DNA from: Eledone cirrhosa
Taxonomy: Eukaryota
Assembly: GCA_964016885.1 (NCBI GenBank)
Contig: OZ024742.1
Span: forward strand, 331,762,001 to 331,826,000
Length of the DNA stretch: 64,000 nt
Direction: 5' to 3'
Below are positions 14,522 through 27,600 of the stretch, one piece after another. Both the position numbers and the translations under genes were made by a program. Numbering within the stretch: position 1 is the stretch's first letter; the number at the start of each line of letters is the position of its first letter. Below the pieces are notes generated by a model, which was given only the letters and a program-made list of their open reading frames with translations, ran no database searches and was not told where the DNA came from.

Positions 14522-15253
14522 GGTTATTTTTGCAGAAGAGAGGATTTAGTGGCAGTTGGGGTGAACACTGAACACTGAATATTGAATATTGAAGGTTATT
14601 TTTGGCAGAAGAGAGGATTTAGTGGCAGTTGGGGTGAACACTGAACACTGAATATTGAAGGTTATTTTTGGCAGAAGATAGGATTTAGTGGCAGTTGGGG
14701 TGGACACTTAACACTGAATATTGAAGGTTATTTTTGCAGAAGAGAGGATATAGTGGCAGTTGGGGTGAACACTGAACACTGAATATTGAATATTGAAGGT
14801 TATTTTTGGCAGAAGAGAGGATTTAGTGGCAGTTGGGGTGAACACTGAACACTGAATATTGAAGGTTATTTTTGGCAGAAGAGAGGATTTAGTGGCAGTT
14901 GGGGTGAACACTGAACACTGATCACTGAATATTGAAGGTTATTTTTGGCAGAAGAGAGGATTTAGTGGCAGTTGGGGTGAACACTGAACACTGAATATTG
15001 AAGGTTATTTTTGGCAGAAGAGAGGATTTAGTGGCAGTTGGGGTGAACACTGAACACTGTCTATTGAATATTGAAGGTTATTTTTGGCAGAAGAGAGGAT
15101 TTAGTGGCAGTTGGGGTGAACACTGGACACTGAATATTGAAGGTTATTTTTGGCAGAAGAGAGGATTTAGTGGCAGTTTTGGTGAACACTGAACACTGAA
15201 TATTGAATATCGAAGGTTATTTTTGCAGAAGAGAGGATTTAGTGGCAGTTGGG
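13734..15253 (+). repeat. Tandem duplication, period 758 bp
   Basis: ORF pairs 13950/14708 and 14240/14998 are offset by 758, with the same order of variant monomers (GTCTAT, TTTTGGTG, TATCGAA). Confidence 0.85.
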
Positions 15254-15550
15254 ATGGACACTGAACACTGAACACTGAATATTGAAGTTTATTTTTGGCA
15301 GAAGAGAGGATTCAGTGGCAGTTGGGGTGAACACTGCACACTGAACACTGAATATTGAAGGTTATTTTTGGCAGAAGAGAGGATTTAGTGGCAGTTGGGG
15401 TGAACACTGAACACTGAATATTGAAGGTTATTTTTGGCAGAAGAGAGGATTTAGTGGCAGTTGGGGTGAACACTGAACACTGAATATTGAATATTGAAGG
15501 TTATTTTTGGCAGAAGAGAGGATTTAGTGGCAGTTGGGGTGAGCACTGGA

Positions 15551-18500
15551 CACTGAATATTGAAGGTTATTTTTGGCAGAAGAGAGGATTTAGTGGCAGT
15601 TTGGGTGAACACTGAACACTGAATATTGAATATTGAAGGTTATTTTTGCAGAAGAGAGGATTTAGTGGCAGTTGGGATTAACACTGAACACTGAACACTG
15701 AATATCGAAGGTTATTTTTGCAGAAGAGAGGATTTAGTGGCAGATGGGGTGAACACTGAACACTGAATATTGAAGGTTATTTTTGCAGAAGAGAGGATTT
15801 AGTGGCAGTTGGGGTGAACACTGAACACTGAATATTGAATATTGAAGGTTATTTTTGGCTGAAGAGAGGATTTAGTGGCAGTTGGGTTAACACTGAACAC
15901 TGAATATTGAAGGTTATTTTTGGCAGAAGAGAGGATTTAGTGGCAGTTTGGGTGAACACTGAACACTGAATATTGAATATTGAAGGTTATTTTTGGCAGA
16001 AGAGAGGATTTAGTGGCAGTTGGGGTGAACACTGAACACTGAATATTGAAGGTTATTTTTGGCAGAAGATAGGATTTAGTGGCAGTTGGGGTGGACACTT
16101 AACACTGAATATTGAAGGTTATTTTTGGCAGAAGAGAGGATATAGTGGCAGTTGGGGTGAACACTGAACACTGAATATTGAATATTGAAGGTTATTTTTG
16201 GCTGAAGAGAGGATTTAGTGGCAGTTGGGGTTAACACTGAACACTGAATATTGAAGGTTATTTTTGGCAGAAGAGAGGATTTAGTGGCAGTTTGGGTGAA
16301 CACTGAACACTGAATATTGAATATTGAAGGTTATTTTTGGCAGAAGAGAGGATTTAGTGGCAGTTGGGGTGAACACTGAACACTGAATATTGAGGGTTAT
16401 TTTTGGCAGAAGATAGGTTTTAGTGGCAGTTGGGGTAAACACTGAACACTGAATATTGAAGGTTATTTTTGGCAGAAGAGAGGATATAGTGGCAGTTGGG
16501 GTGAACACTGAACACTGATCACTGAATATTGAAGGTTATTTTTGGCAGAAGAGAGGATTTAGTGGCAGTTGGGGTGAACACTGAACACTGAATATTGAAT
16601 ATTGAAGGTTATTTTTGGCAGAAGAGAGGATTTAGTGGCAGTTGGGGTGAACACTGAACACTGAATATTGAATATTGAAGGTTATTTTTGGCAGAAGAGA
16701 GGATTTAGTGGCAGCTGGGATAAACACTGAACACTGAACACTAAAGGTTATTTTTGGCAGAAGAGAGTATTTAGTGGCAGTTGGGGTGAAAACTGAACAC
16801 TGAATATTAAATATTGAAGGTTATTTTTGGCAGAAGAGAGGATTTAGTGGCAGTTGGGGAGAACACTGAACACTGTCTATTGAATATTGAAGGTTATTTT
16901 TGGCAGAAGAGAGGATTTAGTGGCAGTTGGGGTGAACATTGAACACTGAATATTGAAGGTTATTTTTGGCAGAAGAGAGGATTTAGTGGCAGTTGGGGTG
17001 AACACTGAACACTGAATATTGAAGGTTAATTTTGGCAGAAGAGAGGATTTAGTGGCAGTTTGGGTGAACACTGAACACTGAACACTGAATATTGAAGGTT
17101 TTTTTGCAGAAGAGAGGGTTTAGTGGCAGTTGGGGTGAACACTGAACACTGAATATTGAAGGTTATTTTTGGCAGAAGAGAGGATTTAGTGGCAGTTGGG
17201 GTGAACACTGAACACTGAATATTGAAGGTTATTTTTGGCAGAAGAGAGGATTTAGTGGCAGTTGGGGTGAACACTGAACACTGATCACTGAATATTGAAG
17301 GTTATTTTTGGCAGAAGAGAGGATTTAGTGGCAGTTGGGGTGAACACTGAACACTGAATATTGAAGGTTATTTTTGGCAGAAGAGAGGATTTAGTGGCAG
17401 TTGGGGTGAACACTGAACACTGTCTATTGAATATTGAAGGTTATTTTTGGCATAAGAGAGGATTTAGTGGCAGTTGGGGTGAACACTGGACACTGAATAT
17501 TGAAGGTTATTTTTGGCAGAAGAGAGGATTTAGTGGCAGTTTTGGTGAACACTGAACACTGAATATTGAATATTGAAGGTTATTTTTGCAGAAGAGAGGA
17601 TTTAGTGGCAGTTGGGATGAACACTGAACACTGAACACTGAATATTGAAGTTTATTTTTGGCAGAAGAGAGGATTCAGTGGCAGTTGGGGTGAACACTGC
17701 ACACTGAACACTGAATATTGAAGGTTATTTTTGGCAGAAGAGAGGATTTAGTGGCAGTTGGGGTGAACACTGAACACTGAATATTGAAGGTTATTTTTGG
17801 CAGAAGAGAGGATTTAGTGGCAGTTGGGGTGAACACTGAACACTGAATATTGAATATTGAAGGTTATTTTTGGCAGAAGAGAGGATTTAGTGGCAGTTGG
17901 GGTGAGCACTGGACACTGAATATTGAAGGTTATTTTTGGCAGAAGAGAGGATTTAGTGGCAGTTTGGGTGAACACTGAACACTGAATATTGAATATTGAA
18001 GGTTATTTTTGCAGAAGAGAGGATTTAGTGGCAGTTGGGATTAACACTGAACACTGAACACTGAATATCGAAGGTTATTTTTGCAGAAGAGAGGATTTAG
18101 TGGCAGATGGGGTGAACACTGAACACTGAATATTGAAGGTTATTTTTGCAGAAGAGAGGATTTAGTGGCAGTTGGGGTGAACACTGAACACTGAATATTG
18201 AATATTGAAGGTTATTTTTGGCTGAAGAGAGGATTTAGTGGCAGTTGGGGTTAACACTGAACACTGAATATTGAAGGTTATTTTTGGCAGAAGAGAGGAT
18301 TTAGTGGCAGTTTGGGTGAACACTGAACACTGAATATTGAATATTGAAGGTTATTTTTGGCAGAAGAGAGGATTTAGTGGCAGTTGGGGTGAACACTGAA
18401 CACTGAATATTGAAGGTTATTTTTGGCAGAAGATAGGATTTAGTGGCAGTTGGGGTGGACACTTAACACTGAATATTGAAGGTTATTTTTGGCAGAAGAG

Positions 18501-21500
18501 AGGATATAGTGGCAGTTGGGGTGAACACTGAACACTGAATATTGAATATTGAAGGTTATTTTTGGCTGAAGAGAGGATTTAGTGGCAGTTGGGGTTAACA
18601 CTGAACACTGAATATTCAAGGTTATTTTTGGCAGAAGAGAGGATTTAGTGGCAGTTTGGGTGAACACTGAACACTGAATATTGAATATTGAAGGTTATTT
18701 TTGGCAGAAGAGAGGATTTAGTGGCAGTTGGGGTGAACACTGAACACTGAATATTGAGGGTTATTTTTGGCAGAAGATAGGTTTTAGTGGCAGTTGGGGT
18801 GAACACTGAACACTGAATATTGAAGGTTATTTTTGGCAGAAGAGAGGATATAGTGGCAGTTGGGGTGAACACTGAACACTGATCACTGAATATTGAAGGT
18901 TATTTTTGGCAGAAGAGAGGATTTAGTGGCAGTTGGGGTGAACACTGAACACTGAATATTGAATATTGAAGGTTATTTTTGGCAGAAGAGAGGATTTAGT
19001 GGCAGTTGGGGAGAACACTGAACACTGAATATTGAAGGTTAATTTTGGCAGAAGAGAGGATTTAGTGGCAGTTTGGGTGAACACTGAACACTGAACACTG
19101 AATATTGAAGGTTCTTTTTGCAGAAGAGAGGGTTTAGTGGCAGTTGGGGTGAACACTGAACACTGAATATTGAAGGTTATTTTTGGCAGAAGAGAGGATT
19201 TAGTGGCAGTTGGGGTGAACACTGAACACTGAATATTGAAGGTTATTTTTGGCAGAAGAGAGGATTTAGTGGCAGTTGGGGTGAACACTGAACACTGAAT
19301 ATTGAAGGTTATTTTTGGCAGAAGAGAGGATTTAGTGGCAGTTTGGGTGAACACTGAACACTGAATATTGAATATTGAAGGTTATTTTTGCAGAAGAGAG
19401 GATTTAGTGGCAGTTGGGATTAACACTGAACACTGAACACTGAATATCGAAGGTTATTTTTGCAGAAGAGAGGATTTAGTGGCAGATGGGGTGAACACTG
19501 AACACTGAATATTGAAGGTTATTTTTGCAGAAGAGAGGATTTAGTGGCAGTTGGGGTGAACACTGAACACTGAATATTGAATATTGAAGGTTATTTTTGG
19601 CTGAAGAGAGGATTTAGTGGCAGTTGGGTTAACACTGAACACTGAATATTGAAGGTTATTTTTGGCAGAAGAGAGGATTTAGTGGCAGTTTGGGTGAACA
19701 CTGAACACTGAATATTGAATATTGAAGGTTATTTTTGGCAGAAGAGAGGATTTAGTGGCAGTTGGGGTGAACACTGAACACTGAATATTGAAGGTTATTT
19801 TTGGCAGAAGATAGGATTTAGTGGCAGTTGGGGTGGACACTTAACACTGAATATTGAAGGTTATTTTTGGCAGAAGAGAGGATATAGTGGCAGTTGGGGT
19901 GAACACTGAACACTGAATATTGAATATTGAAGGTTATTTTTGGCTGAAGAGAGGATTTAGTGGCAGTTGGGGTTAACACTGAACACTGAATATTGAAGGT
20001 TATTTTTGGCAGAAGAGAGGATTTAGTGGCAGTTTGGGTGAACACTGAACACTGAATATTGAATATTGAAGGTTATTTTTGGCAGAAGAGAGGATTTAGT
20101 GGCAGTTGGGGTGAACACTGAACACTGAATATTGAGGGTTATTTTTGGCAGAAGATAGGTTTTAGTGGCAGTTGGGGTAAACACTGAACACTGAATATTG
20201 AATATTGAAGGTTATTTTTGGCAGAAGAGAGGATATAGTGGCAGTTGGGGTGAACACTGAACACTGATCACTGAATATTGAAGGTTATTTTTGGCAGAAG
20301 AGAGGATTTAGTGGCAGTTGGGGTGAACACTGAACACTGAATATTGAATATTGAAGGTTATTTTTGGCAGAAGAGAGGATTTAGTGGCAGTTGGGGTGAA
20401 CACTGAACACTGAATATTGAATATTGAAGGTTATTTTTGGCAGAAGAGAGGATTTAGTGGCAGCTGGGATAAACACTGAACACTGAACACTAAAGGTTAT
20501 TTTTGGCAGAAGAGAGTATTTAGTGGCAGTTGGGGTGAAAACTGAACACTGAATATTAAATATTGAAGGTTATTTTTGGCAGAAGAGAGGATTTAGTGGC
20601 AGTTGGGGAGAACACTGAACACTGTCTATTGAATATTGAAGGTTATTTTTGGCAGAAGAGAGGATTTAGTGGCAGTTGGGGTGAACATTGAACACTGAAT
20701 ATTGAAGGTTATTTTTGGCAGAAGAGAGGATTTAGTGGCAGTTGGGGTGAACACTGAACACTGAATATTGAAGGTTAATTTTGGCAGAAGAGAGGATTTA
20801 GTGGCAGTTTGGGTGAACACTGAACACTGAACACTGAATATTGAAGGTTTTTTTGCAGAAGAGAGGGTTTAGTGGCAGTTGGGGTGAACACTGAACACTG
20901 AATATTGAAGGTTATTTTTGGCAGAAGAGAGGATTTAGTGGCAGTTGGGGTGAACACTGAACACTGAATATTGAAGGTTATTTTTGGCAGAAGAGAGGAT
21001 TTAGTGGCAGTTGGGGTGAACACTGAACACTGATCACTGAATATTGAAGGTTATTTTTGGCAGAAGAGAGGATTTAGTGGCAGTTGGGGTGAACACTGAA
21101 CACTGAATATTGAAGGTTATTTTTGGCAGAAGAGAGGATTTAGTGGCAGTTGGGGTGAACACTGAACACTGTCTATTGAATATTGAAGGTTATTTTTGGC
21201 ATAAGAGAGGATTTAGTGGCAGTTGGGGTGAACACTGGACACTGAATATTGAAGGTTATTTTTGGCAGAAGAGAGGATTTAGTGGCAGTTTTGGTGAACA
21301 CTGAACACTGAATATTGAATATTGAAGGTTATTTTTGCAGAAGAGAGGATTTAGTGGCAGTTGGGATGAACACTGAACACTGAACACTGAATATTGAAGT
21401 TTATTTTTGGCAGAAGAGAGGATTCAGTGGCAGTTGGGGTGAACACTGCACACTGAACACTGAATATTGAAGGTTATTTTTGGCAGAAGAGAGGATTTAG

Positions 21501-23092
21501 TGGCAGTTGGGGTGAACACTGAACACTGAATATTGAAGGTTATTTTTGGCAGAAGAGAGGATTTAGTGGCAGTTGGGGTGAACACTGAACACTGAATATT
21601 GAATATTGAAGGTTATTTTTGGCAGAAGAGAGGATTTAGTGGCAGTTGGGGTGAGCACTGGACACTGAATATTGAAGGTTATTTTTGGCAGAAGAGAGGA
21701 TTTAGTGGCAGTTTGGGTGAACACTGAACACTGAATATTGAATATTGAAGGTTATTTTTGCAGAAGAGAGGATTTAGTGGCAGTTGGGATTAACACTGAA
21801 CACTGAACACTGAATATCGAAGGTTATTTTTGCAGAAGAGAGGATTTAGTGGCAGATGGGGTGAACACTGAACACTGAATATTGAAGGTTATTTTTGCAG
21901 AAGAGAGGATTTAGTGGCAGTTGGGGTGAACACTGAACACTGAATATTGAATATTGAAGGTTATTTTTGGCTGAAGAGAGGATTTAGTGGCAGTTGGGGT
22001 TAACACTGAACACTGAATATTGAAGGTTATTTTTGGCAGAAGAGAGGATTTAGTGGCAGTTTGGGTGAACACTGAACACTGAATATTGAATATTGAAGGT
22101 TATTTTTGGCAGAAGAGAGGATTTAGTGGCAGTTGGGGTGAACACTGAACACTGAATATTGAAGGTTATTTTTGGCAGAAGATAGGATTTAGTGGCAGTT
22201 GGGGTGGACACTTAACACTGAATATTGAAGGTTATTTTTGGCAGAAGAGAGGATATAGTGGCAGTTGGGGTGAACACTGAACACTGAATATTGAATATTG
22301 AAGGTTATTTTTGGCTGAAGAGAGGATTTAGTGGCAGTTGGGGTTAACACTGAACACTGAATATTGAAGGTTATTTTTGGCAGAAGAGAGGATTTAGTGG
22401 CAGTTTGGGTGAACACTGAACACTGAATATTGAATATTGAAGGTTATTTTTGGCAGAAGAGAGGATTTAGTGGCAGTTGGGGTGAACACTGAACACTGAA
22501 TATTGAGGGTTATTTTTGGCAGAAGATAGGTTTTAGTGGCAGTTGGGGTGAACACTGAACACTGAATATTGAAGGTTATTTTTGGCAGAAGAGAGGATAT
22601 AGTGGCAGTTGGGGTGAACACTGAACACTGATCACTGAATATTGAAGGTTATTTTTGGCAGAAGAGAGGATTTAGTGGCAGTTGGGGTGAACACTGAACA
22701 CTGAATATTGAATATTGAAGGTTATTTTTGGCAGAAGAGAGGATTTAGTGGCAGTTGGGGAGAACACTGAACACTGAATATTGAAGGTTAATTTTGGCAG
22801 AAGAGAGGATTTAGTGGCAGTTTGGGTGAACACTGAACACTGAACACTGAATATTGAAGGTTCTTTTTGCAGAAGAGAGGGTTTAGTGGCAGTTGGGGTG
22901 AACACTGAACACTGAATATTGAAGGTTATTTTTGGCAGAAGAGAGGATTTAGTGGCAGTTGGGGTGAACACTGAACACTGAATATTGAAGGTTATTTTTG
23001 GCAGAAGAGAGGATTTAGTGGCAGTTGGGGTGAACACTGAACACTGAATATTGAAGGTTATTTTTGGCAGAAGAGAGGATTTAGTGGCAGTT
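15551..23092 (+). repeat. Tandem block duplication, period 3742 then 3749 bp
   Basis: Shared private variants are the GTTGGGTT 1-bp deletion (~15885/19627) and GGCATAAG (~17453/21202). ORF offsets are 3742 (16076/19818) then 3749 (16877/20626, 17361/21110, 18440/22189), after one extra heptamer near 20200. Confidence 0.9.
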
Positions 23093-26000
23093 GGGGTGAA
23101 GACTGAACACTGAATATTGAATATTGAAGGTTATTTCTGGCAGAAGAGAGGATTTAGTGGCAGTTGGGGTGAACACTGGACACTGAATATTGAAGGTTAT
23201 TTTTGGCAGAAGAGAGGATATAGTGACAGTTGGGGTGCACACTGAACACTGATCACTGAATATTGAAGGTTATTTTTGGCAGAAGAGAGGATTTAGTGGC
23301 AGTTGGGGTGAACACTGAACACTGAATATTGAATATTGAAGGTTATTTTTGCAGAAGAGAGGGTTTAGTGGCAGTTGGGGTGAACACTGAACACTGAATA
23401 TTGAAGGTTATTTTTGGCAGAAGAGAGGATTTAGTGGCAGTTGGGGTGAACACTGAACACTGAATATTGAAGGTTATTTTTGGCAGAAGAGAGGATTTAG
23501 TGGCAGTTGGGGTGAACACTGAACACTGAATATTGAAGGTTATTTTTGGCAGAAGAGAGGATTTAGTGGCAGTTGGGGTGAAGACTGAACACTGAATATT
23601 GAATATTGAAGGTTATTTCTGGCAGAAGAGAGGATTTAGTGGCAGTTGGGGTGAACACTGGACACTGAATATTGAAGGTTATTTTTGGCAGAAGAGAGGA
23701 TATAGTGACAGTTGGGGTGCACACTGAACACTGATCACTGAATATTGAAGGTAATCTTTGGCAGAAGAGAGGATTTAGTGGCAGTTGGGGTGAACACTGA
23801 ACACTGAATATTGAATATTGAAGGTTATTTTTGGCAGAAGAGAGGATTTAGTGGCAGTTGGGGAGAACACTGAACACTGTCTATTGAATATTGAAGGTTA
23901 TTTTTGGCAGAAGAGAGGATTTAGTGGCAGTTGGGGTGAACACTGAACACTGAATATTGAAGGTTATTTTTGGCAGAAGAGAGGATTTAGTGGCAGTTGG
24001 GGTGAACACTGAACACTGAATATTGAAGGTTAATTTTGGCAGAAGAGAGGATTTAGTGGCAGTTTGGGTGAACACTGAACACTGAACACTGAATATTGAA
24101 GGTTTTTTTGCAGAAGAGAGGGTTTAGTGGCAGTTGGGGTGAACACTGAACACTGAATATTGAAGGTTATTTTTGGCAGAAGAGAGGATTTAGTGGCAGT
24201 TGGGGTGAACACTGAACACTGAATATTGAAGGTTATTTTTGGCAGAAGAGAGGATTTAGTGGCAGTTTGGGTGAACACTGAACACTGAATATTGAATATT
24301 GAAGGTTATTTTTGCAGAAGAGAGGATTTAGTGGCAGTTGGGATGAACACTGAACACTGAACACTGAATATTGAAGTTTGTTTTTGGCAGAAGAGAGGAT
24401 TCAGTGGCAGTTGGGGTGAACACTGCACACTGAACACTGAATATTGAAGGTTATTTTTGGCAGAAGAGAGGATTTAGTGGCAGTTGGGGTGAACACTGAA
24501 CACTGAATATTGAAGGTTATTTTTGGCAGAAGAGAGGATTTAGTGGCAGTTGGGGTGAACACTGAACACTGAATATTGAATATTGAAGGTTATTTTTGGC
24601 AGAAGAGAGGATTTAGTGGCAGTTGGGGTGAGCACTGGACACTGAATATTGAAGGTTATTTTTGGCAGAAGAGAGGATTTAGTGGCAGTTTGGGTGAACA
24701 CTGAACACTGAATATTGAATATTGAAGGTTATTTTTGCAGAAGAGAGGATTTAGTGGCAGTTGGGATTAACACTGAACACTGAACACTGAATATCGAAGG
24801 TTATTTTTGCAGAAGAGAGGATTTAGTGGCAGATGGGGTGAACACTGAACACTGAATATTGAAGGTTATTTTTGCAGAAGAGAGGATTTAGTGGCAGTTG
24901 GGGTGGACACTTAACACTGAATATTGAAGGTTATTTTTGGCAGAAGAGAGGATATAGTGGCAGTTGGGGTGAACACTGAACACTGAATATTGAATATTGA
25001 AGGTTATTTTTGGCTGAAGAGAGGATTTAGTGGCAGTTGGGGTTAACACTGAACACTGAATATTGAAGGTTATTTTTGGCAGAAGAGAGGATTTAGTGGC
25101 AGTTTGGGTGAACACTGAACACTGAATATTGAATATTGAAGGTTATTTTTGGCAGAAGAGAGGATTTAGTGGCAGTTGGGGTGAACACTGAACACTGAAT
25201 ATTGAGGGTTATTTTTGGCAGAAGATAGGTTTTAGTGGCAGTTGGGGTGAACACTGAACACTGAATATTGAAGGTTATTTTTGGCAGAAGAGAGGATATA
25301 GTGGCAGTTGGGGTGAACACTGAACACTGATCACTGAATATTGAAGGTTATTTTTGGCAGAAGAGAGGATTTAGTGGCAGTTGGGGTGAACACTGAACAC
25401 TGAATATTGAATATTGAAGGTTATTTTTGGCAGAAGAGAGGATTTAGTGGCAGTTGGGGAGAACACTGAACACTGAATATTGAAGGTTAATTTTGGCAGA
25501 AGAGAGGATTTAGTGGCAGTTTGGGTGAACACTGAACACTGAACACTGAATATTGAAGGTTCTTTTTGCAGAAGAGAGGGTTTAGTGGCAGTTGGGGTGA
25601 ACACTGAACACTGAATATTGAAGGTTATTTTTGGCAGAAGAGAGGATTTAGTGGCAGTTGGGGTGAACACTGAACACTGAATATTGAAGGTTATTTTTGG
25701 CAGAAGAGAGGATTTAGTGGCAGTTGGGGTGAACACTGAACACTGAATATTGAAGGTTATTTTTGGCAGAAGAGAGGATTTAGTGGCAGTTGGGGTGAAG
25801 ACTGAACACTGAATATTGAATATTGAAGGTTATTTCTGGCAGAAGAGAGGATTTAGTGGCAGTTGGGGTGAACACTGGACACTGAATATTGAAGGTTATT
25901 TTTGGCAGAAGAGAGGATATAGTGACAGTTGGGGTGCACACTGAACACTGATCACTGAATATTGAAGGTTATTTTTGGCAGAAGAGAGGATTTAGTGGCA

Positions 26001-27600
26001 GTTGGGGTGAACACTGAACACTGAATATTGAATATTGAAGGTTATTTTTGCAGAAGAGAGGGTTTAGTGGCAGTTGGGGTGAACACTGAACACTGAATAT
26101 TGAAGGTTATTTTTGGCAGAAGAGAGGATTTAGTGGCAGTTGGGGTGAACACTGAACACTGAATATTGAAGGTTATTTTTGGCAGAAGAGAGGATTTAGT
26201 GGCAGTTGGGGTGAACACTGAACACTGAATATTGAAGGTTATTTTTGGCAGAAGAGAGGATTTAGTGGCAGTTGGGGTGAAGACTGAACACTGAATATTG
26301 AATATTGAAGGTTATTTCTGGCAGAAGAGAGGATTTAGTGGCAGTTGGGGTGAACACTGGACACTGAATATTGAAGGTTATTTTTGGCAGAAGAGAGGAT
26401 ATAGTGACAGTTGGGGTGCACACTGAACACTGATCACTGAATATTGAAGGTAATCTTTGGCAGAAGAGAGGATTTAGTGGCAGTTGGGGTGAACACTGAA
26501 CACTGAATATTGAATATTGAAGGTTATTTTTGGCAGAAGAGAGGATTTAGTGGCAGTTGGGGAGAACACTGAACACTGTCTATTGAATATTGAAGGTTAT
26601 TTTTGGCAGAAGAGAGGATTTAGTGGCAGTTGGGGTGAACACTGAACACTGAATATTGAAGGTTATTTTTGGCAGAAGAGAGGATTTAGTGGCAGTTGGG
26701 GTGAACACTGAACACTGAATATTGAAGGTTAATTTTGGCAGAAGAGAGGATTTAGTGGCAGTTTGGGTGAACACTGAACACTGAACACTGAATATTGAAG
26801 GTTTTTTTGCAGAAGAGAGGGTTTAGTGGCAGTTGGGGTGAACACTGAACACTGAATATTGAAGGTTATTTTTGGCAGAAGAGAGGATTTAGTGGCAGTT
26901 GGGGTGAACACTGAACACTGAATATTGAAGGTTATTTTTGGCAGAAGAGAGGATTTAGTGGCAGTTTGGGTGAACACTGAACACTGAATATTGAATATTG
27001 AAGGTTATTTTTGCAGAAGAGAGGATTTAGTGGCAGTTGGGATGAACACTGAACACTGAACACTGAATATTGAAGTTTGTTTTTGGCAGAAGAGAGGATT
27101 CAGTGGCAGTTGGGGTGAACACTGCACACTGAACACTGAATATTGAAGGTTATTTTTGGCAGAAGAGAGGATTTAGTGGCAGTTGGGGTGAACACTGAAC
27201 ACTGAATATTGAAGGTTATTTTTGGCAGAAGAGAGGATTTAGTGGCAGTTGGGGTGAACACTGAACACTGAATATTGAATATTGAAGGTTATTTTTGGCA
27301 GAAGAGAGGATTTAGTGGCAGTTGGGGTGAGCACTGGACACTGAATATTGAAGGTTATTTTTGGCAGAAGAGAGGATTTAGTGGCAGTTTGGGTGAACAC
27401 TGAACACTGAATATTGAATATTGAAGGTTATTTTTGCAGAAGAGAGGATTTAGTGGCAGTTGGGATTAACACTGAACACTGAACACTGAATATCGAAGGT
27501 TATTTTTGCAGAAGAGAGGATTTAGTGGCAGATGGGTTGAACACTGAACACTGAATATTGAAGGTTATTTTTGCAGAAGAGAGGATTTAGTGGCAGTTGG
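22184..27600 (+). repeat. Tandem block duplication, period 2699 bp
   Basis: ORF pairs 22394/25093, 22672/25371, 23881/26580 and 24030/26729 are offset by 2699. Shared variants are GGTAATCTTT (~23750/26449) and AAGTTTGTTT (G at 24380/27079). Confidence 0.9.

Noticed and set aside
18609-18618. Perfect palindrome TGAATATTCA resembling a GAAnnTTC heat-shock element
   Set aside because: It is a single point variant in one monomer. Consensus GAA units have 7-bp direct spacing, not the alternating 5-bp HSE arrangement.
1780-21304. Plus-strand 64-aa ORFs (MKVIFGRREDLVAVG...)
   Set aside because: These arise where chance variants (GTCTAT, CTGGAC) remove TGA stops in adjacent monomers, and are copied by block duplication.
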